From positions 164,531 to 228,530 of the forward strand of contig JBMHBP010000023.1 of the NCBI GenBank assembly GCA_049890295.1: a stretch of 64,000 bases of DNA. Reading direction: 5' to 3'. Made by a program: the position numbers and the translations under genes. The DNA is from Flavobacteriales bacterium. Lineage in GTDB: Bacteria > Bacteroidota > Bacteroidia > Flavobacteriales > UBA7312. The notes beneath the pieces are model-generated. The model searched no databases and was not told the origin of the DNA. It worked only from the letters and a program-made list of their open reading frames with translations. Each line of letters begins with the position of its first letter. Positions within the stretch are counted from its first letter, which is position 1. Positions 21,946 through 32,261 of the stretch are shown one piece after another.

Positions 21946-22206
21946 ATGGCTCATAAAAAAGGTGTCGGTAGTAGTAAAAACGGAAGAGAATCAGAAAGTA
22001 AACGACTTGGCGTCAAAATTTTTGGTGGTCAGGGCGTAATCGCTGGAAACATCATCGTTAGACAAAGAGGTACTAAACACCATCCAGGTGAAAATGTTGG
22101 TATAGGAAAAGACCACACTTTATTTGCCTTAACAGACGGTGTTGTTCAATTTACTAAAAAATCAAATAACCGATCTTTCGTTTCTGTAGATCCGATTCAA
22201 AACTAA
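21946..22206 (+). CDS. rpmA: 50S ribosomal protein L27
   Basis: 86 aa, reading [28 protein letters not shown]....[25 protein letters not shown]. Confidence 0.97.
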   Translation: MAHKKGVGSSKNGRESESKRLGVKIFGGQGVIAGNIIVRQRGTKHHPGENVGIGKDHTLFALTDGVVQFTKKSNNRSFVSVDPIQN

Positions 22207-22232
22207 TAGTAAAAGTTTTAACTCAAAAAATT

Positions 22233-22267
22233 AACTCCCAGCTTTTTAAGTTTGGGAGTTTTTTTTT
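22233..22267 (+). terminator. Rho-independent terminator after rpmA
   Basis: An 8-bp stem aactccca (22233-22240) / tgggagtt (22253-22260) is followed by a run of about 9 T. Confidence 0.8.
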
Positions 22268-22307
22268 GAATAAGAATGCTATTTTTGTATCTATTGAAAA
22301 TTATCCT

Positions 22308-23579
22308 ATGCTGCAAGTCAATTACATCAGAAAACATAAAGAAGAAGTAATCAAACAATTACAAACTAGAAATCTTCAATCTGAAGAACTCATTAATGAA
22401 ATTCTTGAAAAAGATAAACTAAGAAAAGAAACTCAAAGTCAATTAGATATACTATTAGCTCAGTCAAACACTTTAGCTAAGGAAATAGGACAGTTTTTCA
22501 AAAATGGCGAAAAAGAAAAGGCCGAACAAGCAAAATTACAAACGACAGAATTAAAACAAAAAAGCAAAGTACTAAACGAACAGCTAAATTCTATCAGCTT
22601 GCAATTGACACAACTTCTGACTCAAATCCCAAATGTACCACACCCAAGTGTACCTCAGGGTAATTCAGATGAGGATAATGAGGTTATCATGAGTAGCGGA
22701 AATGTCCCTACGCTGCCTCAAAATGCTTTACCCCACTGGGAATTAGCAAAAAAATACGACATTATTGACTTTGAATTAGGCACTAAAATAAGTGGAGCTG
22801 GATTTCCTGTCTACAAGGGTAAAGGTGCTAAATTTCAACGTGCACTAATCAATTATTTTTTAGATAAAAATATTGCAGCTGGATATCAAGAAATACAACC
22901 TCCTCACTTAGTTAATGAAGCCAGTGGATTTGGAACAGGTCAATTACCTGATAAGGAGGGACAAATGTATCATGCTACTGAAGATAACCTCTATCTTATT
23001 CCAACAGCAGAAGTACCCGTAACTAATATATTTAGAGACGTTATTCTCAATGCCAAAAATTTTCCAGTCAAGTGTACCGCTTATACTCCTTGCTTCAGAA
23101 GGGAAGCTGGTTCATACGGCAAGGATGTAAGAGGGTTAAATCGATTGCATCAGTTCGATAAAGTGGAAATTGTTCAGATTCAACACCCTGACCGTTCTTA
23201 TGAAGCACTAGATGAAATGGTCAAACATGTTTGTGGAATTCTTGAAGATTTAGAGTTGCCTTTTAGAATGTTAAAACTATGCGGTGGTGACTTGGGCTTT
23301 ACCTCTGCCCTAACCTTTGACATGGAAGTATTTTCGGCTGTTCAAGAACGATGGCTGGAAGTTAGTTCTATTTCAAACTTTGAAAGCTACCAAGCAAACC
23401 GGTTAAAACTCCGCTTTAAAGACGAAAACAAAAAAAACACACTTTGCCATACCTTGAACGGTAGTGCTTTAGCATTACCCAGAATTGTAGCTTCACTTTT
23501 AGAAAATAACCAAACAGAAGATGGTATTATTATTCCAAAAGCATTGGTACCATACACTAACTTTGAACGTATTGATTAA
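22308..23579 (+). CDS. serS: Seryl-tRNA synthetase
   Basis: It has the N-terminal coiled-coil arm and a class II core (TAEVPVTN, FRREAGSYGKDVRGLNRLHQFDKVE, LNGSALALPR). The start is set at ATG 22308 (MLQVNYIRKH). The track start at 22266 is a TTG inside the rpmA terminator T-run. Confidence 0.93.
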   Translation: MLQVNYIRKHKEEVIKQLQTRNLQSEELINEILEKDKLRKETQSQLDILLAQSNTLAKEIGQFFKNGEKEKAEQAKLQTTELKQKSKVLNEQLNSISLQLTQLLTQIPNVPHPSVPQGNSDEDNEVIMSSGNVPTLPQNALPHWELAKKYDIIDFELGTKISGAGFPVYKGKGAKFQRALINYFLDKNIAAGYQEIQPPHLVNEASGFGTGQLPDKEGQMYHATEDNLYLIPTAEVPVTNIFRDVILNAKNFPVKCTAYTPCFRREAGSYGKDVRGLNRLHQFDKVEIVQIQHPDRSYEALDEMVKHVCGILEDLELPFRMLKLCGGDLGFTSALTFDMEVFSAVQERWLEVSSISNFESYQANRLKLRFKDENKKNTLCHTLNGSALALPRIVASLLENNQTEDGIIIPKALVPYTNFERID

Positions 23580-24101
23580 ATGAATAAAATACTAATTTTT
23601 CTTTCTTTTACTGTTTTGTTAGCTTGCTCGGGCTTTAAATCCGAAAAGCAGTCGGTTAATCTAATGATTACAGAGTACGACAGCTTATTGCTAGAACTGA
23701 AATCATTTGATATTAAATCAGCAGCACCAAATTTGAAACGATATAATAATGTCATAGAGTTATCTAAATCCAAGATGAAAAAAGATGTGCTGCCTGAAAT
23801 AGAAACGATGAACTATTTGAATGATCTCAAATTAATGAGGCGTCAATTTAAAAATGCACCAAAAATTAAAACTCAACTAGTCTCAAAAATTAATACCAAC
23901 AAAGAGCAACTTTCCAATCTAATTGTTGACATAGACGGTTCAGTTTTTGACCAAACTCAACTACAAGGTATTTTATCAGAAGAAGTTAATGAGTTAAAAA
24001 GTATCAAAAAATCATTGATAGATTTCAAAACAGCATACACTGTTTCTGAAAGTCGATTCGATAGCCTTTATCTTTTGTCCAACGCTTTTAATTTTCAATA
24101 A
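23580..24101 (+). CDS. Hypothetical lipoprotein
   Basis: 173 aa with a lipobox (VLLAC|SG) and a helical, K/E/L-rich body. I recognise no family. Confidence 0.6.
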   Translation: MNKILIFLSFTVLLACSGFKSEKQSVNLMITEYDSLLLELKSFDIKSAAPNLKRYNNVIELSKSKMKKDVLPEIETMNYLNDLKLMRRQFKNAPKIKTQLVSKINTNKEQLSNLIVDIDGSVFDQTQLQGILSEEVNELKSIKKSLIDFKTAYTVSESRFDSLYLLSNAFNFQ

Positions 24102-25912
24102 TGAAAGTTTTCTGTATTTGTATAACGTTATGCTGTATTTCAATATTTGGTCATGCACAATCCAGTACAGATTTAAGGATTGCAAATAAATATGCCAATT
24201 CAGGACAATGTGATAAAGCTATTGAACTATTTGAAACTTTTGAAGAAAGAATAAGTCTTAAGAGTTATTACACAAATTTTCTAAAATGCTTATTATCTAA
24301 GGAAGAAAAGGCCATGGCTCTTCAGCTTGTCAAAAAAGCACAAAAGAAATATCCCAATCAACTTAAATATGGTGTTGATTTAGGTATTGTTTACAAAGCC
24401 AAAGGAGAGAAATTCAAAGCTGAAAAAGAATTTAAAAAATGTGTGAATGCTCTTAGAAAAGGGCGATCAAATGATGTTAATATTTTAGCCTCAAAATTTT
24501 CTACTAATGGAGAATATGAATGGCTTATTAAAACATTTGATAGAGGTCAAGAATTAAATCCTACTTATGAATTTGGTTTTCAGCTAGCTACAGCATTAGC
24601 CAACCTTGGTCAAACGGAACAGATGATTGATACCTACCTAGATTTGGTAGAAAAGAATGCTAATCACCTTAGGAGTGTAAAAATTAGACTTCAAAATAGT
24701 CTAGGAAGAACAAAAAGTAGCAAAGACAATTATGACCTACTACAAAAAAAGTTATTGCTGAAAGTACAACAAACGAATAACACTACATTGACTGAACTTT
24801 TGGTTTGGTTACATATTCAGACCAGCGAATATAATGCCGCTTATATTTATTCCAAAGCACTTGACAAAAGACTTAAAGAAGATGGAAGTCGACTTTATAC
24901 TTTAGCAAACATCGCTCATGAAAATAAGGCTTTCAAAGAAGCTATAAAGTGCTATACTTACCTTATTAACTTAGGAAAGAATAACCCATATTACACCGAA
25001 GCAAAAATTTCAGAAGTCATGGTGTTAGCTGAACAGATTACTCAAAAAGACTATTCAGATACTGAACTCATAAACTTAGACCAAAAGTATTCAGCTGTAA
25101 TAAATGAGTTTGGAAAAAGCTATGAGTTAGCTTATCTACTCAAAGACTACGCTAAACTCAAAGCGTTCTATCTTTACGATTATGACTTTGCAGTAAATAT
25201 ACTAGGTGAAACTATTTCACTATTACCAAGAGGCCAATTACTTTCAGAATGCCAATTAATGTTAGGCGATATTTATCTAATCATTGACAAAGATTGGGAT
25301 GCCATTTTAGAATACTCTAAAGTAGAGAAAGAAAACAAAGAAAATCCTTTAGGCCATGAAGCTAAGTTTTTAAGAGCTAGAACAGCCTACTTTCAGGGTC
25401 AATTTGACTGGGCACAAGCTCAACTCGATGTATTAAAAGCATCCACAACAAAACTTATAGCTAACAATGCTATGAAGTTATCATTACTAATCACGGACAA
25501 TACTGGTCTAGACACCTCTACAACAGCAATGGAAATGTACGCTGCTGCCGAGTTATTAGAATTACAAAACAAACTGAACGAGAGTTATAATTTATTAGAT
25601 AGTTTACAAACAAATTTTAAGGGTCATACACTGACTGACGAAGCCATGTTTAAACAAGCTAATATTCTATCAAAACAAAAAAAATATTCCTTATCAATTT
25701 CTCTTTATGAAAAAATTGCAACTGATTATGCATTTGATATATTAGCTGATGATGCTCTTTTTAAATGGGCAGAATTGACAGAAAGTCATCTTTCAAATAA
25801 AGAAAAAGCAAAGTCCTTATATGAAAAATTAATCAATGATTACTCGGATAGTATATATACTACTGAGGCAAGAAAACGATTCAGAACATTGAGAGGAGAC
25901 GAAAATTTATAA
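24101..25912 (+). CDS. Tetratricopeptide-repeat (TPR) protein, secreted/periplasmic
   Basis: 603 aa with a signal peptide and multiple TPR-like A/Y/L heptad patterns. Its ATG overlaps the upstream stop (TAATG). Confidence 0.7.
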   Translation: MKVFCICITLCCISIFGHAQSSTDLRIANKYANSGQCDKAIELFETFEERISLKSYYTNFLKCLLSKEEKAMALQLVKKAQKKYPNQLKYGVDLGIVYKAKGEKFKAEKEFKKCVNALRKGRSNDVNILASKFSTNGEYEWLIKTFDRGQELNPTYEFGFQLATALANLGQTEQMIDTYLDLVEKNANHLRSVKIRLQNSLGRTKSSKDNYDLLQKKLLLKVQQTNNTTLTELLVWLHIQTSEYNAAYIYSKALDKRLKEDGSRLYTLANIAHENKAFKEAIKCYTYLINLGKNNPYYTEAKISEVMVLAEQITQKDYSDTELINLDQKYSAVINEFGKSYELAYLLKDYAKLKAFYLYDYDFAVNILGETISLLPRGQLLSECQLMLGDIYLIIDKDWDAILEYSKVEKENKENPLGHEAKFLRARTAYFQGQFDWAQAQLDVLKASTTKLIANNAMKLSLLITDNTGLDTSTTAMEMYAAAELLELQNKLNESYNLLDSLQTNFKGHTLTDEAMFKQANILSKQKKYSLSISLYEKIATDYAFDILADDALFKWAELTESHLSNKEKAKSLYEKLINDYSDSIYTTEARKRFRTLRGDENL

Positions 25913-25914
25913 GT

Positions 25915-26211
25915 ATGATAATTTACAATGTAACAGTCAGTTTAGACCCAAGTATTCACCAAGACTGGCTACAATGGATGAAGGAAGTGCATATTCCAGA
26001 AGTTATGCAAACTGGTTTTTTTTTAGACCATAAATTATGTAGAGTATTAGTAGAGGATGAAATTACTTATGCTATTCAGTATACATGTGAAAGTCAAGAA
26101 GTATTAGAACACTATCAAAAAAAATCTGCTACCATATTGCAAAAGAAACACTCTGAACGGTATAATGGAAAATTTGGTGCCTTCCGCACACTGCTAGAAA
26201 TCATAGAATAA
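25915..26211 (+). CDS. DUF4286-family small protein
   Basis: 98 aa, reading MIIYNVTVSLDPSIHQDWLQWMKEVHIPEVMQTGFF. This matches my recollection of the DUF4286 N-terminus. It is tightly packed between the TPR gene and rsmA. Confidence 0.6.
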   Translation: MIIYNVTVSLDPSIHQDWLQWMKEVHIPEVMQTGFFLDHKLCRVLVEDEITYAIQYTCESQEVLEHYQKKSATILQKKHSERYNGKFGAFRTLLEIIE

Positions 26212-26969
26212 TGGCAAAAGTAAGAGCAAAGAAATACCTCGGTCAGCACTTTTTAACTGATCATTCAATTGCTCAGAATATTGTCAACAATTTAAGCCCT
26301 CAAAAAACAATTCTAGAAATTGGACCTGGTATGGGTGTCTTAACCCAGTTTATTATTGAACGAGAATCAGAACTATTTGTCGTTGAATTAGATAAGGAAT
26401 CAGTCAGCTATTTACACCATCATTACCCTTCCCTTAAAAACCATATAATTAGTGGAGACTTTCTCAAACTTCCAATAGAACAGTTATTTGATCATCAAAT
26501 TGGACTGATAGGTAATTTCCCTTACAATATATCCTCTCAAATTTTATTTAAAGTTTTAGAACATAAAAACTGTATTACTGAAATTGTTGGTATGTTCCAA
26601 AAAGAAGTGGCTGAACGTATTAGTTCCAAACCCTGTAAAAAATCATACGGTATACTCAGTGTTTTTATTCAATGTTACTATGATGTGGAGTATCTATTCA
26701 CCGTTGACGAAGATGTTTTTGACCCGCCACCCAAGGTGAAATCTGCAGTCATCAGACTTAAGAGGAATCAAAGGCAGAATCTTCCTTGTGATGAACAAAA
26801 ATTTATTAAAGTTGTGAAGACCGCTTTTGGAATGAGAAGGAAAACTTTGAGAAATGCTTTGAAAAGTCTTACCTTGTTGAACGAAAATTCTGCAGAAAAA
26901 TACTTAAATCAGAGAGCTGAACAGCTAAGTGTTGAAGATTTTTTTAAACTAACAGACTGTTTTGAATAA
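26211..26969 (+). CDS. rsmA: 16S rRNA (adenine1518/1519-N6)-dimethyltransferase RsmA/KsgA
   Basis: 252 aa with KKYLGQHFL at the N-terminus, the SAM motif LEIGPGMGVLT and GNFPYNISSQILF. Confidence 0.93.
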   Translation: MAKVRAKKYLGQHFLTDHSIAQNIVNNLSPQKTILEIGPGMGVLTQFIIERESELFVVELDKESVSYLHHHYPSLKNHIISGDFLKLPIEQLFDHQIGLIGNFPYNISSQILFKVLEHKNCITEIVGMFQKEVAERISSKPCKKSYGILSVFIQCYYDVEYLFTVDEDVFDPPPKVKSAVIRLKRNQRQNLPCDEQKFIKVVKTAFGMRRKTLRNALKSLTLLNENSAEKYLNQRAEQLSVEDFFKLTDCFE

Positions 26970-28318
26970 TGAAGTTCGAACTAACAAAAGATTTTTTAAG
27001 TGAGATAAATTCACTCATTGAACAACAAAACAGTTCATCTGTGGTTGACCTTATTAAGGATTGTCATCCAGCCGATATTGCTGAGATACTCGATAATATT
27101 GACTTTAAAAATGCCTGTTTTTTATTTGAACTTTTAGAGGATGCTACTGCTGCAGATGTATTAGTAGAATTAGAGGACGACCTCAGAGAAGATTTACTCA
27201 ATATTCATTCTCCAAAAGAAATTGCTGAGGAATTCGTTGATAATATGGATTCTGATGATGCTGCAGATATTATTTCAGAGTTACCAGAAAACAAAAAACA
27301 AGAGGTTTTATCTCACATAGAAGATGATAAATCTGCCAGTGATATTGCTGATTTATTGACTTATGATGAAAACACTGCTGGAGGCTTAATGGCTAAAGAA
27401 CTTATTAAAGTTAACGCAGATTGGTCAGTAATGCGGTGTGTCAAAGAGATGCGAAGACAGGCTGAAGATGTTCAATTTGTTTATACCATTTATGTCGTAA
27501 ATAATAACAACACATTATTAGGCACTCTGTCCCTAAAAAAATTACTACTAACAGACTCGAAGGCAGTAATTTCTAAAATCATGAAAACTGATATTATCAA
27601 AGTTAATGCTGTATTGAGTCAAGAAGAAGTAGCTAATACTATGAATAAGTATGACCTAATAGTTTTACCAGTTGTTAATGAAGACAATCAACTCATCGGG
27701 AGAATAACTGCTGATGACGTGATGGATGTTATGAAAGAAGAAGCTGAAAAAGACTATCAAATGGCATCTGGTATTATCGATGATGTCGAATCAACCGATA
27801 GTATTTGGGATATTACTAAAGCTAGATTACCATGGTTGTTAATAGGTATGATTGGAGGTATTTTTGGTGCTAAAGTCATTGGAATTTTTGATATTGAGAA
27901 AAACTTTGAAATGGCATTTTTTATTCCTCTTATTGCCGCAATGGGTGGTAATGTAGGCGTTCAATCTGCTGCTATTGTCGTACAAAGTTTAGCTAGTGGT
28001 ACTGCTTCTTTAGAAAACATATCACAACAACTCATCAAAGAATTAGGGGTTGCATTGGTCAATGGAATAATTTGCTCTATAATCATATTAGTTTCTACCT
28101 ATTTCTTAGGTTATGGTATTGGCCTTAGCCTTACAGTTAGTATTGCACTATTATCAGTAGTAATTTTTGCTGCTTTATTTGGCACATTTGTTCCATTAAC
28201 CCTCAATAAATATAATATTGACCCTGCGTTAGCAACAGGTCCGTTTATTACTACAGTAAATGATATCCTCGGTCTACTGATATACTTCCTAATAGGACAG
28301 TTTATTTTAGCACTATGA
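26969..28318 (+). CDS. mgtE: Magnesium transporter MgtE
   Basis: 449 aa with an acidic N-domain, a tandem CBS pair and 5 C-terminal TM helices. The motifs PLIAAMGGNVGVQSAAIVV and GPFITTVNDILGL are present. Confidence 0.92.
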   Translation: MKFELTKDFLSEINSLIEQQNSSSVVDLIKDCHPADIAEILDNIDFKNACFLFELLEDATAADVLVELEDDLREDLLNIHSPKEIAEEFVDNMDSDDAADIISELPENKKQEVLSHIEDDKSASDIADLLTYDENTAGGLMAKELIKVNADWSVMRCVKEMRRQAEDVQFVYTIYVVNNNNTLLGTLSLKKLLLTDSKAVISKIMKTDIIKVNAVLSQEEVANTMNKYDLIVLPVVNEDNQLIGRITADDVMDVMKEEAEKDYQMASGIIDDVESTDSIWDITKARLPWLLIGMIGGIFGAKVIGIFDIEKNFEMAFFIPLIAAMGGNVGVQSAAIVVQSLASGTASLENISQQLIKELGVALVNGIICSIIILVSTYFLGYGIGLSLTVSIALLSVVIFAALFGTFVPLTLNKYNIDPALATGPFITTVNDILGLLIYFLIGQFILAL

Positions 28319-29250
28319 AAAAGGTTTTATTTATCGATCAGCTACATCCATCTCTTTGGAATCAACTAACTGAATCTGGTTTTCATTGTGTAGAAGGCTA
28401 TCACCTTGACAAAGAAGAAATAAAAGAAATTATTAGTGGGTTTTATGGGTTGATTATTCGTTCACGCTTTAAAATCGATGATTCATTTTTGGAAAACTGT
28501 AATCATTTAAAATTTATTGCTCGAGGAGGGTCTGGAATGGAAAATATTGACCAAAAATTGGCTCAACAAAAAGGTATTGAATGTATAAATGCAGCTGAAG
28601 GAAATCGACAGGCAGTAGCTGAGCATGCTCTAGGCATGTTGCTAAATCTATTTAATAATCTAAAAAGAGCCGACCAAGAAGTTCGACAAGGACATTGGAA
28701 AAGAGAATCTAATCGAGGAGTTGAACTTTCAGGAAAAACAATTGGAATTATTGGCTGTGGAAATACTGGCTCTGCTTTTGGTAGGTTACTCAGAGGATTT
28801 GATTGTAAAGTATTGAGTTATGATAAATACCTAAATAATTTCGGTAAGGATAATATCATAGAATCGCAATTGGAAACACTTTATGAGGAAGCTGATATTT
28901 TAAGTTTGCATATTCCTTTAACCAAAGAAACTCATCATTTAGTCAATGATATATTTCTTAATCGGTTCAAAAAGCCCATATATCTGATTAATACTTCTAG
29001 GGGTCAATGTGTGGATACCGTAGCACTTCTTGAAGCTATTGATAACAAAAAGGTAATGGGGGCTTGTTTAGATGTTTTGGAAATTGAAAAAATATCATTT
29101 GAATCCCTAGATCAAACAAATTTATTTAAACGACTCATACAATCTAATAAGCTAACACTTTCTCCTCATATTGCTGGCTGGACAGTCGAAAGTTATCTTA
29201 AAATTGCACAAGTACTATTTGAAAAGATTAAAGCCCTTGAAAATAACTAG
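28315..29250 (+). CDS. D-isomer-specific 2-hydroxyacid dehydrogenase family protein (PGDH-like)
   Basis: 311 aa with the NAD motif GIIGCGNTGSAFG and the catalytic pattern ...NTSRG....D...L......G..LDV...E......PHIAG. Confidence 0.85.
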   Translation: MKKVLFIDQLHPSLWNQLTESGFHCVEGYHLDKEEIKEIISGFYGLIIRSRFKIDDSFLENCNHLKFIARGGSGMENIDQKLAQQKGIECINAAEGNRQAVAEHALGMLLNLFNNLKRADQEVRQGHWKRESNRGVELSGKTIGIIGCGNTGSAFGRLLRGFDCKVLSYDKYLNNFGKDNIIESQLETLYEEADILSLHIPLTKETHHLVNDIFLNRFKKPIYLINTSRGQCVDTVALLEAIDNKKVMGACLDVLEIEKISFESLDQTNLFKRLIQSNKLTLSPHIAGWTVESYLKIAQVLFEKIKALENN

Positions 29251-29289
29251 GACTTCTAGTTTATACTATTTCATTTATTTTCAAGCTTT

Positions 29290-30993
29290 CTATTTCAAAA
29301 TAATGAGCCGATTGGTAAAAACACCTTTATTGGTATGAAGCTTTAAAAAATACGTCCCTGCATGTATGTTATCAAGGGCTAGAATTTTCATACTAGGGTC
29401 GAAACGCCTTAGCACTTTGCCCTGGAGATTCATCAGCCATATAGTGTTTACAGAAAGTTGTTCCTCTAATGAAAGATTAACAATGTCCCGGGCTGGGTTA
29501 GGATACAACTTAAAGGGATGTAGAGTATTTTTTTGAATACTAATAATTTCAATCATAACCATTGTACTATCTTTTATTGTACAACCAAATGAATCCGTAG
29601 CTTGCAAATAAATCCAAGTTTCAACATGACAACAACCAGTGTATGAAATTCCTCCAACAGAATCATCAGTAAGAACAATTATCGAATCATAGATGAATGT
29701 AGTATCTGAGGAGTATGTGTTAGGAATGAAATAATAGGTGTAGGATTCAAATGATTCAATGGTAGTCAATTGAACCTGTTCTGTCAAATTAACACCCAAG
29801 TGTACTATTGTCTGATTTTGGCCACCCCACCATTCGTAATTTTCATAAAAAGTATCTCCCTCTAGAGTGGTTATAAAAAAAGTAATCTCAGGATCTGCAA
29901 AATCTATGACTACAGTAGCGGTATCAACGTAACAGTTGTTATGAGCAATAATTTGAAAGGTAGTGTCCGAGTATGGAAATACTACTATCTGCTGATTAGT
30001 GTCCCCAGTATTCCAGATATACAAGTCGGCACCATTTATTTGGGCCTCCAAGACTAAGCTATCGTTACTTTTACAAAACACTAATTGTTCTTGTAAGACG
30101 ATGTGTATACTGTCATCATCCATTAAATTAATACTGTCTAACAGGGTGTCACTAGTCGTCTCATTTTCAAGTATTGCCCATGCCTCAAAGTAGTAATCAC
30201 CAGCTTGTGACAAATCAAAACCCTCAGAAAATGTGTACATTACACTATCTCCGACCGTCAAATATGGACCAATGGTGTCGCTCAACAAAGTGCTATCGTT
30301 GGACTGAAAAAAGACAATAACACTATCTATTTGATTAGAATAGCTTACATTTTTGAGTTGAAGACTAACGCTTTCATTATTACTTAGCACACATGAGCTT
30401 TCCAACTCAATAGTTGACAATTCTATCCGTTGTTGACAAAAATTCTGTTGCTGATTAATTTGACCATAAGTTGAACTATCAGATTCCCAATAGAAGATAC
30501 TATCTAAACTTCCCTTTAACTGTAAGCTAGTACCTATTGGATCACCATTTTGAAAAACACCAATATCTGTTGATGTTTGCCCCGAAAAAGGCCCATTGAC
30601 TGAAGTGACTTGACCTTCATAACTTAGAAATTGAATCAAACTATCCTCACATTCATTATATAGTGCTATTGCATCACCAGAGGTGCTTGCTCCATTTTGA
30701 ATAGACGGTTTGTAAAAAAACACAAAACCCATTCCACATATATTTTCGGTCACCACGGTGTCTAAGACTAATGAACTATAAATTTCACTATTATTACCAT
30801 TTACAAAATATATCTTATAGCATGATAAATCGCTACCTGTCAATGCAGCTATTTCAAACCCTTCATTTATATCACTACCAACATTATCATAATGAATCTC
30901 ATTAATAAAAACAGAAGTATAATCAAACACAAATGGGCTTTGAGAAAATAAAATAAATGGCACAAACTGAAGTAAAAAAAATAAGGGTTTCAT
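29290..30993 (-). CDS. Secreted lamin-tail-domain (LTD) protein with a T9SS C-terminal sorting domain
   Basis: 567 aa with a signal peptide. The N-terminal FINEIHYDNVGSDINEGFEIAALTGSDL...GDAIALYN...IQFLSYEG resembles the LTD-like module at the N-terminus of ExeM/NucH-type nucleases. The middle carries CARDB/Ig-like repeats. The C-terminus LYPNPARDIVNL...LQGKVL...GTYFLKLHTNKGVFTNRLIILK is a type-A T9SS CTD. Confidence 0.8.
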   Translation of the reverse strand: MKPLFFLLQFVPFILFSQSPFVFDYTSVFINEIHYDNVGSDINEGFEIAALTGSDLSCYKIYFVNGNNSEIYSSLVLDTVVTENICGMGFVFFYKPSIQNGASTSGDAIALYNECEDSLIQFLSYEGQVTSVNGPFSGQTSTDIGVFQNGDPIGTSLQLKGSLDSIFYWESDSSTYGQINQQQNFCQQRIELSTIELESSCVLSNNESVSLQLKNVSYSNQIDSVIVFFQSNDSTLLSDTIGPYLTVGDSVMYTFSEGFDLSQAGDYYFEAWAILENETTSDTLLDSINLMDDDSIHIVLQEQLVFCKSNDSLVLEAQINGADLYIWNTGDTNQQIVVFPYSDTTFQIIAHNNCYVDTATVVIDFADPEITFFITTLEGDTFYENYEWWGGQNQTIVHLGVNLTEQVQLTTIESFESYTYYFIPNTYSSDTTFIYDSIIVLTDDSVGGISYTGCCHVETWIYLQATDSFGCTIKDSTMVMIEIISIQKNTLHPFKLYPNPARDIVNLSLEEQLSVNTIWLMNLQGKVLRRFDPSMKILALDNIHAGTYFLKLHTNKGVFTNRLIILK

Positions 30994-31025
30994 TAGCTAT
31001 TAAGAATTGTAAGTTGTTTACAAAT

Positions 31026-32261
31026 CTAATATATAACTTGAATAGTTTGTTTAGTCTTTTGCTCAAGAACAACAGTTTTTGAACCTATCACTTTTTTAAT
31101 ATCTTCTTTATTATAGTGTCTTATGGTACACAAGCTTAGGCTTTCCTGACTTACAACTTTGAAATGTTCGTTTAAAATTTTAATAAGACCGGGCACCTTT
31201 TGAATATCATTATCTACACATACCGAAAAGCTAATTGCTGAGTTTTGCATCATATTAATAGCTACTCCGATTTTAGAAAATACAGAAAAAATAAAACTAA
31301 GATGATCTTCAACTATAAACGATAAATCCGTAGCAGAAATATTCAATAATATTTGATTCTGTTTTAAAATAAATGAGGGTAAAAAAGGTATCATTTCTAC
31401 ATTTTCAGAAATAGTAGTACCCGCTTGCTGAGGAGATAAAAATGACTTTACTCTTAAAGGAATTTTTTTCTCTTTTAGAGGTTGAATAGTTTTAGGATGA
31501 ATCACTTTTGCTCCATAATAGGCCAATTCAATTGCTTCAGAAAATGAAAGTTGATTTAATAGTTTAGCATCCTCAAAAAAACGAGGATCAGCATTTAACA
31601 CTCCTTCAACATCTTTCCATATTACAACTTCTTCAGCATTTAATGCATAAGCAAATATAGCGGCACTAAAATCCGAACCTTCTCGTCCTAGAGTGGTTGA
31701 GAAATTTTCAGAAGTACAGCCGATAAATCCTTGAGTTAAAAACCGCCCATTGGTATTAATGTTTTGCTCAATATTATAAAGTGTTTCTTTCCAATCTATT
31801 CTAGCATTTCTATGAGTGTTATCTGTTCGAATTAAATCTCGAGCATCTAACCAATTATTCACAACGCCTTCTTGATTTAGATATGCACTAATGATAGAAG
31901 TTGATAATAACTCCCCGACCGATACTATTTGATCATACTCAAAACCGTATGTGGATGTTGGAGAATCCTCAATAGCCCACTCAATTTCAACAAATAAGTT
32001 ACTTACCGTATCATATATTGAATGACTTTTTTCAAATAACTGATCTAATATTTCAAAATGATAGGACTTTACTTCATCTAATGATACCGTCTGAGCGGAA
32101 GTATAATCATTAACCACACTCTCTAACATATTAGTTGTTTTTCCCATGGCTGATATCACAATAACAATATCTTGGGTGTTATCTGACTTTAGGATTTTAG
32201 AAATATTTTTGATTCCGTCAGCATCTTTTACTGAGGCACCTCCAAACTTATAAATCTTCAT
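31026..32261 (-). CDS. lysC: Aspartate kinase (monofunctional)
   Basis: 411 aa with the motifs MKIYKFGGASV, VVISAMGKTTN and LGREGSDFSAA, plus C-terminal ACT-like repeats. Confidence 0.9.
   Translation of the reverse strand: MKIYKFGGASVKDADGIKNISKILKSDNTQDIVIVISAMGKTTNMLESVVNDYTSAQTVSLDEVKSYHFEILDQLFEKSHSIYDTVSNLFVEIEWAIEDSPTSTYGFEYDQIVSVGELLSTSIISAYLNQEGVVNNWLDARDLIRTDNTHRNARIDWKETLYNIEQNINTNGRFLTQGFIGCTSENFSTTLGREGSDFSAAIFAYALNAEEVVIWKDVEGVLNADPRFFEDAKLLNQLSFSEAIELAYYGAKVIHPKTIQPLKEKKIPLRVKSFLSPQQAGTTISENVEMIPFLPSFILKQNQILLNISATDLSFIVEDHLSFIFSVFSKIGVAINMMQNSAISFSVCVDNDIQKVPGLIKILNEHFKVVSQESLSLCTIRHYNKEDIKKVIGSKTVVLEQKTKQTIQVIY

Noticed and set aside
21526-21954. 142-aa antisense ORF rich in Cys/Phe/Ser opposite the rplU tail
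   Set aside because: It is the mirror image of the AAAAAA/GCAGC repeats that encode the Lys/Ala tail of L21. Its composition (FFCC repeats) is an artefact of the low-complexity sequence.
22266-22307. N-terminal extensions given by the ORF track for serS (22266), the sigma-54 activator (12905), coaX (54601), porP (7801), purH (40361) and the small LTD gene (58260)
   Set aside because: The extensions start at TTG or other upstream codons. They lie inside the upstream gene or a terminator T-run, or add residues before a normal signal peptide or conserved N-terminus. Internal ATG starts fit better.
28180-28196. TGGCAC-N5-TTCC sigma-54-like motif
   Set aside because: It lies deep inside the mgtE coding sequence, lacks the -12 GC, and has no downstream gene start to serve.
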